Origin: Desulfatiglandales bacterium
GTDB lineage: Bacteria; Desulfobacterota; DSM-4660; Desulfatiglandales; HGW-15
Length of the DNA: 64,000 bases
Reading direction: 5' to 3'
NCBI GenBank assembly: GCA_963667015.2
Contig: CAXXJJ010000004.1
Location: forward strand, 3,424,001 to 3,488,000
How positions within the stretch are numbered: the stretch's first letter is position 1; every line of letters begins with the position of its first letter. The position numbers were made by a program, and so were the translations under genes. The notes beneath the pieces were generated by a model. That model searched no databases. It was not told where the DNA came from and saw only the letters and a program-made list of their open reading frames with translations. This document shows positions 28,296-37,050 of the stretch, piece by piece.

Positions 28296-30278
28296 ATGAA
28301 ATCCGGTATAAAATATCTTTTTACTGCCCTCCTGATTTTAGTAATACTTGCCTTTACTTCCTGTACCCCTCAAAAAGAAAAAAGACCGGTAAAACCTACC
28401 CTGGATGCGGCACAGTCAGTCTATATGCAGCTTGATCTGAAGGGAGCACAGGAACTTTATGAAAAGGTAGCTGAAGATCCCCTTATTAAAAACCGCGACC
28501 GCAGTAAGGCCATGACAAGGCTTGCAGTGATGGAATGGAAATTCAACAAAGATATCACAAAGGCCCGGCAATGGGTGGACATGGCAATCAAAACAGGCGA
28601 AGAGACTGCTATGGCCTATATTTACCTGAGCCGTATAGAACGGGAAGCAGGTAATTCAGAGAAGGCAAAAGAAGCTGCCAATCAGGCGGAATTGACGGCA
28701 AAGAGTGATGCCGAGAAAAAGGGAGCATCTAACCAGTTTGCGGCAGCAGTCCTGAAGACAGCCGAAGATCAGAAAGACGGGTATGATGAATTATTGAGGC
28801 ATGATTTGATGGAGGCAATGATCCGTCTTTCCGAAGTATTGGACGAGGAGCCTGGAGAAAGGCTTGCATCCGAAAGACTTTTAGGTATTGCACTTCTGCT
28901 TGATAATGGACCTATGGCCTTAAAGGCCTGGCAATCCTTTTACCTGGTTCCCGATGGCGATCACGCAAAGGGAATAATGGCTGCACCGGGTAACGTACTT
29001 GAAAACCTGCTGCCCGGATGGGAGAACAGACCCCTGCTCACTTCAGAACGGGAAGCCCTTATCTTAGCGCTTGCTGATTCCGGATTTTACAAATATGCGG
29101 CAGGGATCGCTGCCGATATCTCTGCCTCGGAGAGCTCATGGACCGCAAATAAAAATCCACGTATAAAAGAGATTATTTTTTACAGCCAATACCTGGAGGA
29201 TCTGGAAGATATTACAAATGAATATTACCGAAAGACCGCCTTTGGTGAGGGATCCAAAGACAGGTACCTCAAGGATTTCGGGATTCTGTCAAAGGAGCTC
29301 TGGCTAAACCTTAATTTTTCTGATGGCCGTCCCGGCTTTGACATAAAAATTTTCCAGAAAACTCTACGGGAGAAATTCGGCGCAGTATCCAATTTGGGCC
29401 CTGTTGAAGGCTATTTCGGCCTGTCCTTCGGGCATATTGTGGTAAATGATCAAAGAAATGTTGTTCAGTACGGACATGAAGCAAAGTTTACCTTTATCGC
29501 CATCGATAACATGATCTCCAATTTTTACACAAGCTGGTTCTGGGATGGCGCGGCATCTGTCGGCGGCTGGGCAAAGATGGATACAATTTATCAGGTTCGC
29601 GAATCCTTTGCCCAGGCACCTTTCCATGAATGGCGGATCATCACAGATCCTGTGGAACGGGTAAAAATGGAAAAAGAGATTCAGGAAAAAAGTGCACAGG
29701 ACGACGAATTGGCAATGAATAACCCTTATGCATATCTGCCCGGCCTGGATGGCCGCCTGCATCTTGCCGCCCTGGATAGAAGGCTTGAGACAGTAGATGA
29801 AAAGGGATACGAGGGCAGCGCGCGATGCATGGCCTATGTCAATGAGTATATGAAGATAAAAATGGATCAAACGATTTTCAGTCATGAAGGACGGCATTGC
29901 ATTGATCAGAAGATGAATCATGATAATTTTAAATGGTGGAAAATCATAACCGGGAGATACAGGCGCATTGCAAGTCCGGAGATGGAGTTTCGCGCCAAGC
30001 TTTCCGAAATTGCATTTTCACATGATCCCCGGATGGCCTTTTGTATGTCAGTATTTAACAATAACATGGGAGATGACACAGCACATGGAACAGCCAATCT
30101 ACGTATTGTAAAAGCGATGGTAGAATGGATGGATCAGCACCGACAGGAAATCCAGGGGTTTGATCATGACCGTCCGCTGCTCCTGCAGTTTGAGCTGTTA
30201 ACTCAGGATCAGATTCGGAGTGCAGCCCGGGCAGTAGACCCGCTTTATCTTGCGCAGAAGGAAAAAGGAAATATATAA
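28296..30278 (+). CDS. Hypothetical lipoprotein with TPR-like N-terminus and C-terminal HEXXH motif
   Basis: AFTSC lipobox; helical repeats; SHEGRH followed by EMEFRA. Confidence 0.6.
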   Translation: MKSGIKYLFTALLILVILAFTSCTPQKEKRPVKPTLDAAQSVYMQLDLKGAQELYEKVAEDPLIKNRDRSKAMTRLAVMEWKFNKDITKARQWVDMAIKTGEETAMAYIYLSRIEREAGNSEKAKEAANQAELTAKSDAEKKGASNQFAAAVLKTAEDQKDGYDELLRHDLMEAMIRLSEVLDEEPGERLASERLLGIALLLDNGPMALKAWQSFYLVPDGDHAKGIMAAPGNVLENLLPGWENRPLLTSEREALILALADSGFYKYAAGIAADISASESSWTANKNPRIKEIIFYSQYLEDLEDITNEYYRKTAFGEGSKDRYLKDFGILSKELWLNLNFSDGRPGFDIKIFQKTLREKFGAVSNLGPVEGYFGLSFGHIVVNDQRNVVQYGHEAKFTFIAIDNMISNFYTSWFWDGAASVGGWAKMDTIYQVRESFAQAPFHEWRIITDPVERVKMEKEIQEKSAQDDELAMNNPYAYLPGLDGRLHLAALDRRLETVDEKGYEGSARCMAYVNEYMKIKMDQTIFSHEGRHCIDQKMNHDNFKWWKIITGRYRRIASPEMEFRAKLSEIAFSHDPRMAFCMSVFNNNMGDDTAHGTANLRIVKAMVEWMDQHRQEIQGFDHDRPLLLQFELLTQDQIRSAARAVDPLYLAQKEKGNI

Positions 30279-30439
30279 AATTCTCATTCCATTGTCGGTT
30301 GGAGCGTATTTTTTTCAAGGGTAGGACGGACCTTGCTTTATTGAAACATACATATATTTGTATTTTTTATGTAACCTTTTTCAGGAACCGTTCTATTAAT
30401 ATTAATGTCCAGTAAATCTATTCAACATCAGGGGATCTT

Positions 30440-31366
30440 ATGCTTAACGTCTCAAACCTTACCAAGGTTTTCGGTAATGTGATCGCGGTGGATCGCATTT
30501 CTTTTAATATTTCCGCAGGTGAAATATTTGGATTTCTCGGCCCGAACGGTGCCGGCAAGACAACAACCATCAATATGATCTGCGGTCTCTTGAAACCGGA
30601 CAGCGGTAAAATTGAACTTGATGGGCAGAGTTTCACACCCGACCGTGCAAATCTTCGCCGGAAGCTCGGGGTAGTGCCTCAGGAGATTGCCCTGTACGAG
30701 GAACTGAACGCCGTCGAGAACCTGAAGTTCTGGGGCCAGCTCTATGGTTTAAAGGGCAAAAATCTTCGTAACCGCATAAATGACCTGCTGGAGTTAAGCG
30801 GACTTTCCAACCGGACAAAGGATCGGGTTAAGACCTATTCAGGAGGCATGAAACGGCGGCTCAATATGATGGCAGGCTTATTACATAAACCCACTTTGTT
30901 ACTGCTGGATGAGCCGACAGTGGGGATCGACCCCCAGGCACGACATAATATCCTCGACTCGGTTAAAGATATTGCCGCACAGGGGACCACTATCCTTTAT
31001 ACAACCCATTACCTCGATGAAGTGGAAGATCTTTGCGACAGGCTGGCCATAATAGACCAGGGCTGTATCCTGGCCATGGGAACAGAAAATGAGATCAAAA
31101 AGACCGTTGGTGAAAGTTCCATCATCAGGATAACAGGCAATATAAAAAGGGAGGTGATTGATGATATTGCTGGTAAATTTACAGGTTTAAAAATTGAATC
31201 GGTAAGTGAGAGGGAGGCACTGTTAAGTGTTCCGTCAGGCAATGGTACCGGGCAGGTTATTGAATCCATTATAAACTCTGAGATCAGCGTCGAGAATATG
31301 CAGATCCGTGAACCTAGCCTGGATTCGGTTTTTATCAAATTGACAGGAAAGGAACTGCGCGACTGA
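30440..31366 (+). CDS. ABC-2 exporter ATP-binding protein (DrrA/LnrL-like)
   Basis: GPNGAGKTT, YSGGMKRR, LLLDEPTVGIDPQ, TTHY. Confidence 0.95.
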   Translation: MLNVSNLTKVFGNVIAVDRISFNISAGEIFGFLGPNGAGKTTTINMICGLLKPDSGKIELDGQSFTPDRANLRRKLGVVPQEIALYEELNAVENLKFWGQLYGLKGKNLRNRINDLLELSGLSNRTKDRVKTYSGGMKRRLNMMAGLLHKPTLLLLDEPTVGIDPQARHNILDSVKDIAAQGTTILYTTHYLDEVEDLCDRLAIIDQGCILAMGTENEIKKTVGESSIIRITGNIKREVIDDIAGKFTGLKIESVSEREALLSVPSGNGTGQVIESIINSEISVENMQIREPSLDSVFIKLTGKELRD

Positions 31367-32610
31367 TGTGGACACTTTTTAAAAAAGATCTGCTGCGCTT
31401 GAAAAAGCAGCCAACAGGATTTCTTGTCCTTATCATTCTGCCTATTGCTGCAACGGCCTTGCTGGGCTTTGTTTTTGGCAGCAATGGTGATGTCAGTGTC
31501 ACTCCTCATATCAAGCTTGTAATAGAAGATCATGACGACAGCCTGGTTACCAGAATGATCATAAGCAGTTTTGGCCAGAAGGAACTTGCAAAATATTTTG
31601 AAGTAGAACAGGTTGAAAAGGATCAGGGGCAGATTTTTATAGAAGAGGATAAGGCCTCGGCGCTGGTTATCGTTCCGGAGGGATTCACCGAAGCACTTTT
31701 TAGTGCAGAGCCAACCGAATTCATTATCCTGAAAAATCCAAGCCAGACATTCGGGCCCAAGATCGCCGAAGAAACCTTCAGAATCTTTGCCCTGGGCGGT
31801 GACCGCATTGTACGAGTTGCCGAAGCGCCCCTCAAGGCTATCAGGGAGGAGGCTGACACGGATGACTTCCCGCTTGATGACATGGTAGCAAAAATATCCG
31901 TTATGGTTAACCAGATCATACGAAAAACTGTTCCTGTTATCGAAGATCCGCCAATTACCCTGAAAACCCGAACCGAATCCAGTGACAAACCGGAATCCGG
32001 CAACAACTCCCTTTTAATAATCCTGTTGAGCGGCATTGGGACTATGTGTCTGTATTTTTTGATTGAGAACCTTGCTATTGATTTCTTTCGCGAACGAGAA
32101 AATTATACATTAAGGCGTATTCTGGTTTCACCTGCCGGCACAACAGCCTATATTCTGTCAAAGCAGCTCTACCTGGTAATTGCAGGATTGTTAAGTCTGA
32201 TATCAGTATGGGCACTCGCATTTGCAATCTGGGGAATTCGGATAAACCTGTCTCAGGTTTTCCCTTTTCTTGCCATGCTATTACTCACTGCCTTATCCTC
32301 AACAGGCATCATCTCTCTTTTCTATGCTATCCTTACAAACCGCAATCAGGCCTCGACGATTCTGGGGGGAATTATAATAACATTCGCGTTTATAGGCGGC
32401 GGGATGATTCCATTCCAAGTTCTGCCGAAATTTCTAAAACAGCTGTCCGTTTTGTCGCCTATTTTCTGGAGTTCCGACAGCCTGCAAAAAATACTCATAG
32501 ACAGCGTTAACCCCGGCGAACTTTTTAAACCTGCAGTTATATTGGGCCTGATATCCATTTGCTGTATAGGAGGAACCATACTCCTTCAACGAAGGAGGAT
32601 CATGCCATGA
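31366..32610 (+). CDS. ABC-2 permease
   Basis: N-terminal TM, periplasmic domain, RERENYTLRRILVSP, further TMs. Confidence 0.9.
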   Translation: MWTLFKKDLLRLKKQPTGFLVLIILPIAATALLGFVFGSNGDVSVTPHIKLVIEDHDDSLVTRMIISSFGQKELAKYFEVEQVEKDQGQIFIEEDKASALVIVPEGFTEALFSAEPTEFIILKNPSQTFGPKIAEETFRIFALGGDRIVRVAEAPLKAIREEADTDDFPLDDMVAKISVMVNQIIRKTVPVIEDPPITLKTRTESSDKPESGNNSLLIILLSGIGTMCLYFLIENLAIDFFRERENYTLRRILVSPAGTTAYILSKQLYLVIAGLLSLISVWALAFAIWGIRINLSQVFPFLAMLLLTALSSTGIISLFYAILTNRNQASTILGGIIITFAFIGGGMIPFQVLPKFLKQLSVLSPIFWSSDSLQKILIDSVNPGELFKPAVILGLISICCIGGTILLQRRRIMP

Positions 32611-33758
32611 CTAAAATTCTGACAATTGCACTGCAGAGTCTGCGTATTCTTTTAAAAGACAAATACGCCTTTATTTGGATGCTGCTAATGCCCACTGTTT
32701 ATATCTTTTTCTTTGGCAATGTATTTAACTCTCAAAATGATCATTCAAAACTCACGGCATCTCTGGATGTATATAACCAGGATAAGGGGGCGTTATCTCG
32801 GGTACTTATAGACGGTTTAAAATCGGAAAATGTCAATGCTGTTTTACTGGACAGTATGCCGGATGAAGTAAATGTTCGTTTATTGATCATACCGCCTGAT
32901 TTTACATCAAAGGTGCTTGCCCTTGAAAAAACAGAACTGGAATTTGTTGCAAAACAGGGTACAAATATTGAAGCGGAGATGACCGTCAGCCTTGCCATAA
33001 AAAAATCATACTTTCGTCTTCTGGCAGATCTTGTCGAAATAACTTCACGTGGTGACAGTGTCACAATCGATAATGTGAAGGAACTGGAAGCCAGGAAACC
33101 GCTTATAGCAGTAAAGAGCAGCTATGCCGGGAAACACAAAATAATACCATCAGGATTCAATCAGTATGTACCTGCAAATATTGTTATGTTTGCAATGCTT
33201 ATCATTTTTGTCTACTCGGGTAATATGATTATGGATGAAAAAAAATCCGGGCTGTTTCGGAGAATCTATATTGCGCCTGTAAATTTTCTGGAACTGTTTT
33301 TGGGAAAGCTTTCAGGAAGCGTCCTTGTCGGTCTTGTACAGATAACTATCCTGGTGTTAGTGGGAAGGTTTCTCTTCGGTGTTTATTACGGGCCATCATT
33401 TCCGGCACTATTTTTACTCGCCCTGTTTTTTGCAGCCAGTATTGCATCAATCGGTCTTACCCTTGGAATGTTTATTAAAAGCGAAGAAAAAATGAACGGA
33501 ATCGCTGTGATCCTTGCCCTGGCTATGTCCGCCATAAGCGGATGCTGGTGGCCGGCTGAGGTATCACCCCAATGGATGAATTCCCTTTCTAATTTCCTGC
33601 CGTCAGGTATAGCCCTTTCAGGCTTTCACCAGCTTATTTCCTATGGCAGGGGAATGGAGGCAATCTATATGACGCTGATCAAGCTTGGCTCTATTGCTGT
33701 CCTGTTTGCACTTATATTTGCAGGAATGCTGTCCAGGTTTGATAAGACACAGGTATGA
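32607..33758 (+). CDS. ABC-2 permease
   Basis: DEKKSGLFRRIYIAP, SGCWWP; start reassigned to MTKILT (ATGA overlap). Confidence 0.9.
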   Translation: MTKILTIALQSLRILLKDKYAFIWMLLMPTVYIFFFGNVFNSQNDHSKLTASLDVYNQDKGALSRVLIDGLKSENVNAVLLDSMPDEVNVRLLIIPPDFTSKVLALEKTELEFVAKQGTNIEAEMTVSLAIKKSYFRLLADLVEITSRGDSVTIDNVKELEARKPLIAVKSSYAGKHKIIPSGFNQYVPANIVMFAMLIIFVYSGNMIMDEKKSGLFRRIYIAPVNFLELFLGKLSGSVLVGLVQITILVLVGRFLFGVYYGPSFPALFLLALFFAASIASIGLTLGMFIKSEEKMNGIAVILALAMSAISGCWWPAEVSPQWMNSLSNFLPSGIALSGFHQLISYGRGMEAIYMTLIKLGSIAVLFALIFAGMLSRFDKTQV

Positions 33759-33776
33759 TGAACCAGAGATGCTGCA

Positions 33777-33989
33777 CTATTCATAATAAATTGAGACAAT
33801 TACCTTGCATGGCGCATAACTCCCGCCAGCCATGGACTGCTTTATATCATGAATTTTTATATTCGGCCTCTGTGCAAGCCACTCCTGTATCTCGCTTTCC
33901 AGCTCGATATGCAACGGTTCATTTAAACGTTTAGTTATAAACCCTCCAACCTTTCCATAAAGGATTGTAGAGAACATCTTGATTTTCAT
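33777..33989 (-). CDS. Small hypothetical protein (pattern resembles Cse60-like proteins)
   Basis: MKIKMF...LESEIQEWL...IHDIKQS...SIYYE; purine-rich RBS. Confidence 0.55.
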   Translation of the reverse strand: MKIKMFSTILYGKVGGFITKRLNEPLHIELESEIQEWLAQRPNIKIHDIKQSMAGGSYAPCKVIVSIYYE

Positions 33990-34098
33990 TTTTATGCCCC
34001 TTTCATTTTAAAATATAAAAACAAGCTCATAAGACCCTCCGTGCCTTCTGCTTCAGGCAGAGTCATCGCAAGGGTGTCGCACCGCCTGAAGCATGAGT

Positions 34099-34545
34099 TT
34101 AAGTTTTCACCATGTAACAACGATCTCCCGATGATTTTTCAACTACTTCATTAAAGCCTGCTTTTTTATAAAGTGTCATTGAAATCAGATTGTTTCTGTA
34201 TGCATACAGACTTACTTTTTGACAGCCTGATTGCTCCGCAATCCTGAGTAAGTTGCTGCAGAGTATCTTCCCATACCCTCGCCCCCGGTATGATGGCGCA
34301 ACTATTATTCTGGCCATATGCATAAGCCCATCTTCCTTTGGGAATAACTGACCGAATCCTATGATTTTATTTTCATTTATTAAGCAGTAAGAATTGTCCT
34401 CAGAGTATTTTATGTCATTTAAAAGATTGTCGATATCCAGGGGAAACCGAACTTTATTACCTGCCCAGCTTCTACATTCATTCTCATCTTTGATCCATGA
34501 CATGATTGTATGAAAATCGTTTATTTCAGCATTTCTCATTTCCAT
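34099..34545 (-). CDS. GNAT N-acetyltransferase
   Basis: HMARIIVAPSYRGRGYG, LYKKAGF. Confidence 0.88.
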   Translation of the reverse strand: MEMRNAEINDFHTIMSWIKDENECRSWAGNKVRFPLDIDNLLNDIKYSEDNSYCLINENKIIGFGQLFPKEDGLMHMARIIVAPSYRGRGYGKILCSNLLRIAEQSGCQKVSLYAYRNNLISMTLYKKAGFNEVVEKSSGDRCYMVKT

Positions 34546-34639
34546 ATTTGAAGCCCTTTAATGTTTTGCCTATTGTTGTGTGCTATCAATTGGAGGTTGA
34601 TAACAACTTTCCAATCAGGTGAGATTTGAGGAAGCTTTA

Positions 34640-35452
34640 TCACCACTGCCAGTCAGCGCCTATCCCGACTTCATTAACAACCTCTTTGACTCCCGGAACC
34701 CCTTTTGTGATCTCATTAATAGCCCTGAGCTCCTGTTCCGAACCGGCGCTGCCTCTTAAATTAACAACACCGTTCTCGGAAACCACGTGAAGGCTCAGGT
34801 TATTGGTTCTGTCGTCCTTTGTAAGGGCGGCCCATACCATACTGCTTAATACCTGGCTATCAAGTGCGGCCTTTGAATTTTCATCCGGCTTAAAATCATC
34901 CTGCTCTGCCATTTGCGCAATTATATCAACAGCACTTTTTATGCTTATGCGGTTGAGGTTGACAACAAGATCATATATGGCAGGATCTTTCCAGTCCACT
35001 CCATATAAAAATTTTGTCCAGTTGCGGCTATGCTTGTCCAGTTTTTTTATCACGGAAATGGCTTCCCTGCTGCTAAAGCCGTCCTTTTCCATTGCAGCTT
35101 TGATGCGGTATTCCATATCTGCAATTACCCTGATACACATTACATGGGCAATATCACCCAGAAGGAGGTGCCCTGCATAGCCATGGTATACGAGATTATT
35201 TTCGCTGGCCCTTTTAAGAAGGGCATACCTGACATAGTTAAGGTGTGCCATTTTTTTTGCAGGAGATTCAAGCCAGGAATTGGGCGGTTCTTCCATTGCT
35301 GCAACAAGTTTGCTTTCCGGGATTCCGAACTCTTCGGCAGCATCCAGGATTATCTCTTTACTGATACATGGATAACCCAGTTTCCGGCTTAGCTCCTCTG
35401 CCACGGCAATCCCGCCGCTGAAAGTGCCTCTGGAAATAGTGATAATAGCCAT
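34640..35452 (-). CDS. Cytidylate-kinase-like protein with C-terminal BON domain
   Basis: IITISRGTFSGG, YDLVVN; C-terminal V.SENGVVNLRG..VPGVKEVVNE BON pattern; GGAGG RBS. Confidence 0.85.
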   Translation of the reverse strand: MAIITISRGTFSGGIAVAEELSRKLGYPCISKEIILDAAEEFGIPESKLVAAMEEPPNSWLESPAKKMAHLNYVRYALLKRASENNLVYHGYAGHLLLGDIAHVMCIRVIADMEYRIKAAMEKDGFSSREAISVIKKLDKHSRNWTKFLYGVDWKDPAIYDLVVNLNRISIKSAVDIIAQMAEQDDFKPDENSKAALDSQVLSSMVWAALTKDDRTNNLSLHVVSENGVVNLRGSAGSEQELRAINEITKGVPGVKEVVNEVGIGADWQW

Positions 35453-35714
35453 GCGCCCTCCATTTAAAATAGATAGAATTTATGCCAGCGTTTTTAAATA
35501 TCCTCTTTTGATAAAATATTTCAGGACATTGTACTCCAGGAAATTTTTCCTGGCAAACGGGTAGTGTGCAGCAAGCTTATTCTGCTGAAGCCGGCCAATC
35601 TTCGGCGGAATAAATTTCTCAGGGAACAGCCGGAAATTTTTAAAAAATGTTTTCTTTTTGATTCATTTATGACTATAACTCGTTTAAAAAAAGGCATTTC
35701 ATGCGGAGGACAGA

Positions 35715-36938
35715 ATGATAAAAATAAATGAAAATTATAAAAAACTTCAGGCATCTTACCTTTTTTCCGATATCGCCCGCAGGGTCGCGGCCTTTCAGAA
35801 GGAAAATCCGGATAAGAATATAATCAAGCTCGGAATCGGCGATGTTACGAGGCCCCTGCCGCAGGCGTGTATCGATGCATTTCACGGGGCAGTGGACGAA
35901 ATGTCCGATATAAAAACCTTCAGGGGATACGGCCCGGAGCAGGGTTATGATTTTTTGAGGGAAACAATCGCAAAAAACGACTATCAGTCAAGGGGTATTG
36001 ATATATCGGCTGATGAGGTTTTTGTAAGTGATGGAGCGAAGTGCGACTGCGGGAATATCCAGGAAATATTTTCTACAGACATAACCGTTGCAATCCCTGA
36101 TCCTGTTTATCCTGTTTACCTTGATACAAATGTTATGGCAGGAAGAACCGGCCTTTACAACAGCGGACGTTATGACGGAATAGTCTATCTTGACGGGACA
36201 TCGGAAAACGGCTTTGTCCCGGAACTCCCGCAGGAAAAGGTTGATCTCATCTACCTTTGCTACCCTAATAATCCCACAGGTGCAACCATTACTAAGGAAG
36301 GCCTTAAAAAATGGGTGGATTACGCAAAGGAAAATAAGGCTGTTATCCTGTATGATGCGGCCTATGAGGCATTCATAAGGGATGAAAGCCTTCCTAAATC
36401 GATATTTGAAATCGAAGGTGCAAAGGATGTTGCCATTGAGTTCAGGAGTTTTTCAAAAACCGCCGGGTTTACAGGAATCCGCTGCGCCTTTACCGTTGTT
36501 CCCAAGACCTGCAGCGCCTACACTGCAGAGGGAGAACCGGCACTCTTAAACGGTCTCTGGAACCGCAGGCACACAACCAAATTTAACAGCGTGTCCTACC
36601 CTGTGCAGAGGGCGGCAGAGGCTGTTTACAGTGATGAAGGAAAGGTGCAGGTCAGAGAGCTCTCTGACTATTACCTTAAAAATGCTGCCCTTATCAGACA
36701 GGAGGTATCTCAGCTTGGCTTTGACTGTATCGGCGGAGAAAACTCGCCCTACATCTGGGTTAACGGCAAGACCGACTCATGGGCATTCTTTGACAGGCTT
36801 CTCCAGAAAGCCGGGGTTGTATGTACACCGGGCGCAGGTTTTGGAAAATGCGGAGAGGGTTATATAAGGATAAGCGCATTTAACAACTATGAAGATGTAC
36901 AGAGGGCAATGGACCGGATCAAAGAAGCGCTTAAGTAA
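35715..36938 (+). CDS. dapL: LL-diaminopimelate aminotransferase
   Basis: [30 protein letters not shown] (PLP Lys), TPGAGFG. Confidence 0.96.
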   Translation: MIKINENYKKLQASYLFSDIARRVAAFQKENPDKNIIKLGIGDVTRPLPQACIDAFHGAVDEMSDIKTFRGYGPEQGYDFLRETIAKNDYQSRGIDISADEVFVSDGAKCDCGNIQEIFSTDITVAIPDPVYPVYLDTNVMAGRTGLYNSGRYDGIVYLDGTSENGFVPELPQEKVDLIYLCYPNNPTGATITKEGLKKWVDYAKENKAVILYDAAYEAFIRDESLPKSIFEIEGAKDVAIEFRSFSKTAGFTGIRCAFTVVPKTCSAYTAEGEPALLNGLWNRRHTTKFNSVSYPVQRAAEAVYSDEGKVQVRELSDYYLKNAALIRQEVSQLGFDCIGGENSPYIWVNGKTDSWAFFDRLLQKAGVVCTPGAGFGKCGEGYIRISAFNNYEDVQRAMDRIKEALK

Positions 36939-36970
36939 AAGATAGAAATAAGTAAACAGGAAAGAGACTG

Positions 36971-37050
36971 AAACCAGAGGTCAGATGTCGGAGATCAGAA
37001 GTCAGTGCAAAGATACTGACTTCCGGCTTCTGATTTCTGGCCTCTGTTTT
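36971..37050. repeat. Heptamer-repeat imperfect palindrome between convergent dapL and pilB (likely bidirectional terminator)
   Basis: CAGAGGT CAGATGT CGGAGAT CAGAAGT CAG ... CTG ACTTCCG GCTTCTG ATTTCTG GCCTCTG, flanked by A and T runs. Confidence 0.8.

Noticed and set aside
35521..35714. Possible lysine riboswitch upstream of dapL
   Set aside because: Some short hairpins, but I could not find the L-box conserved elements or a terminator; an Rfam scan would be needed
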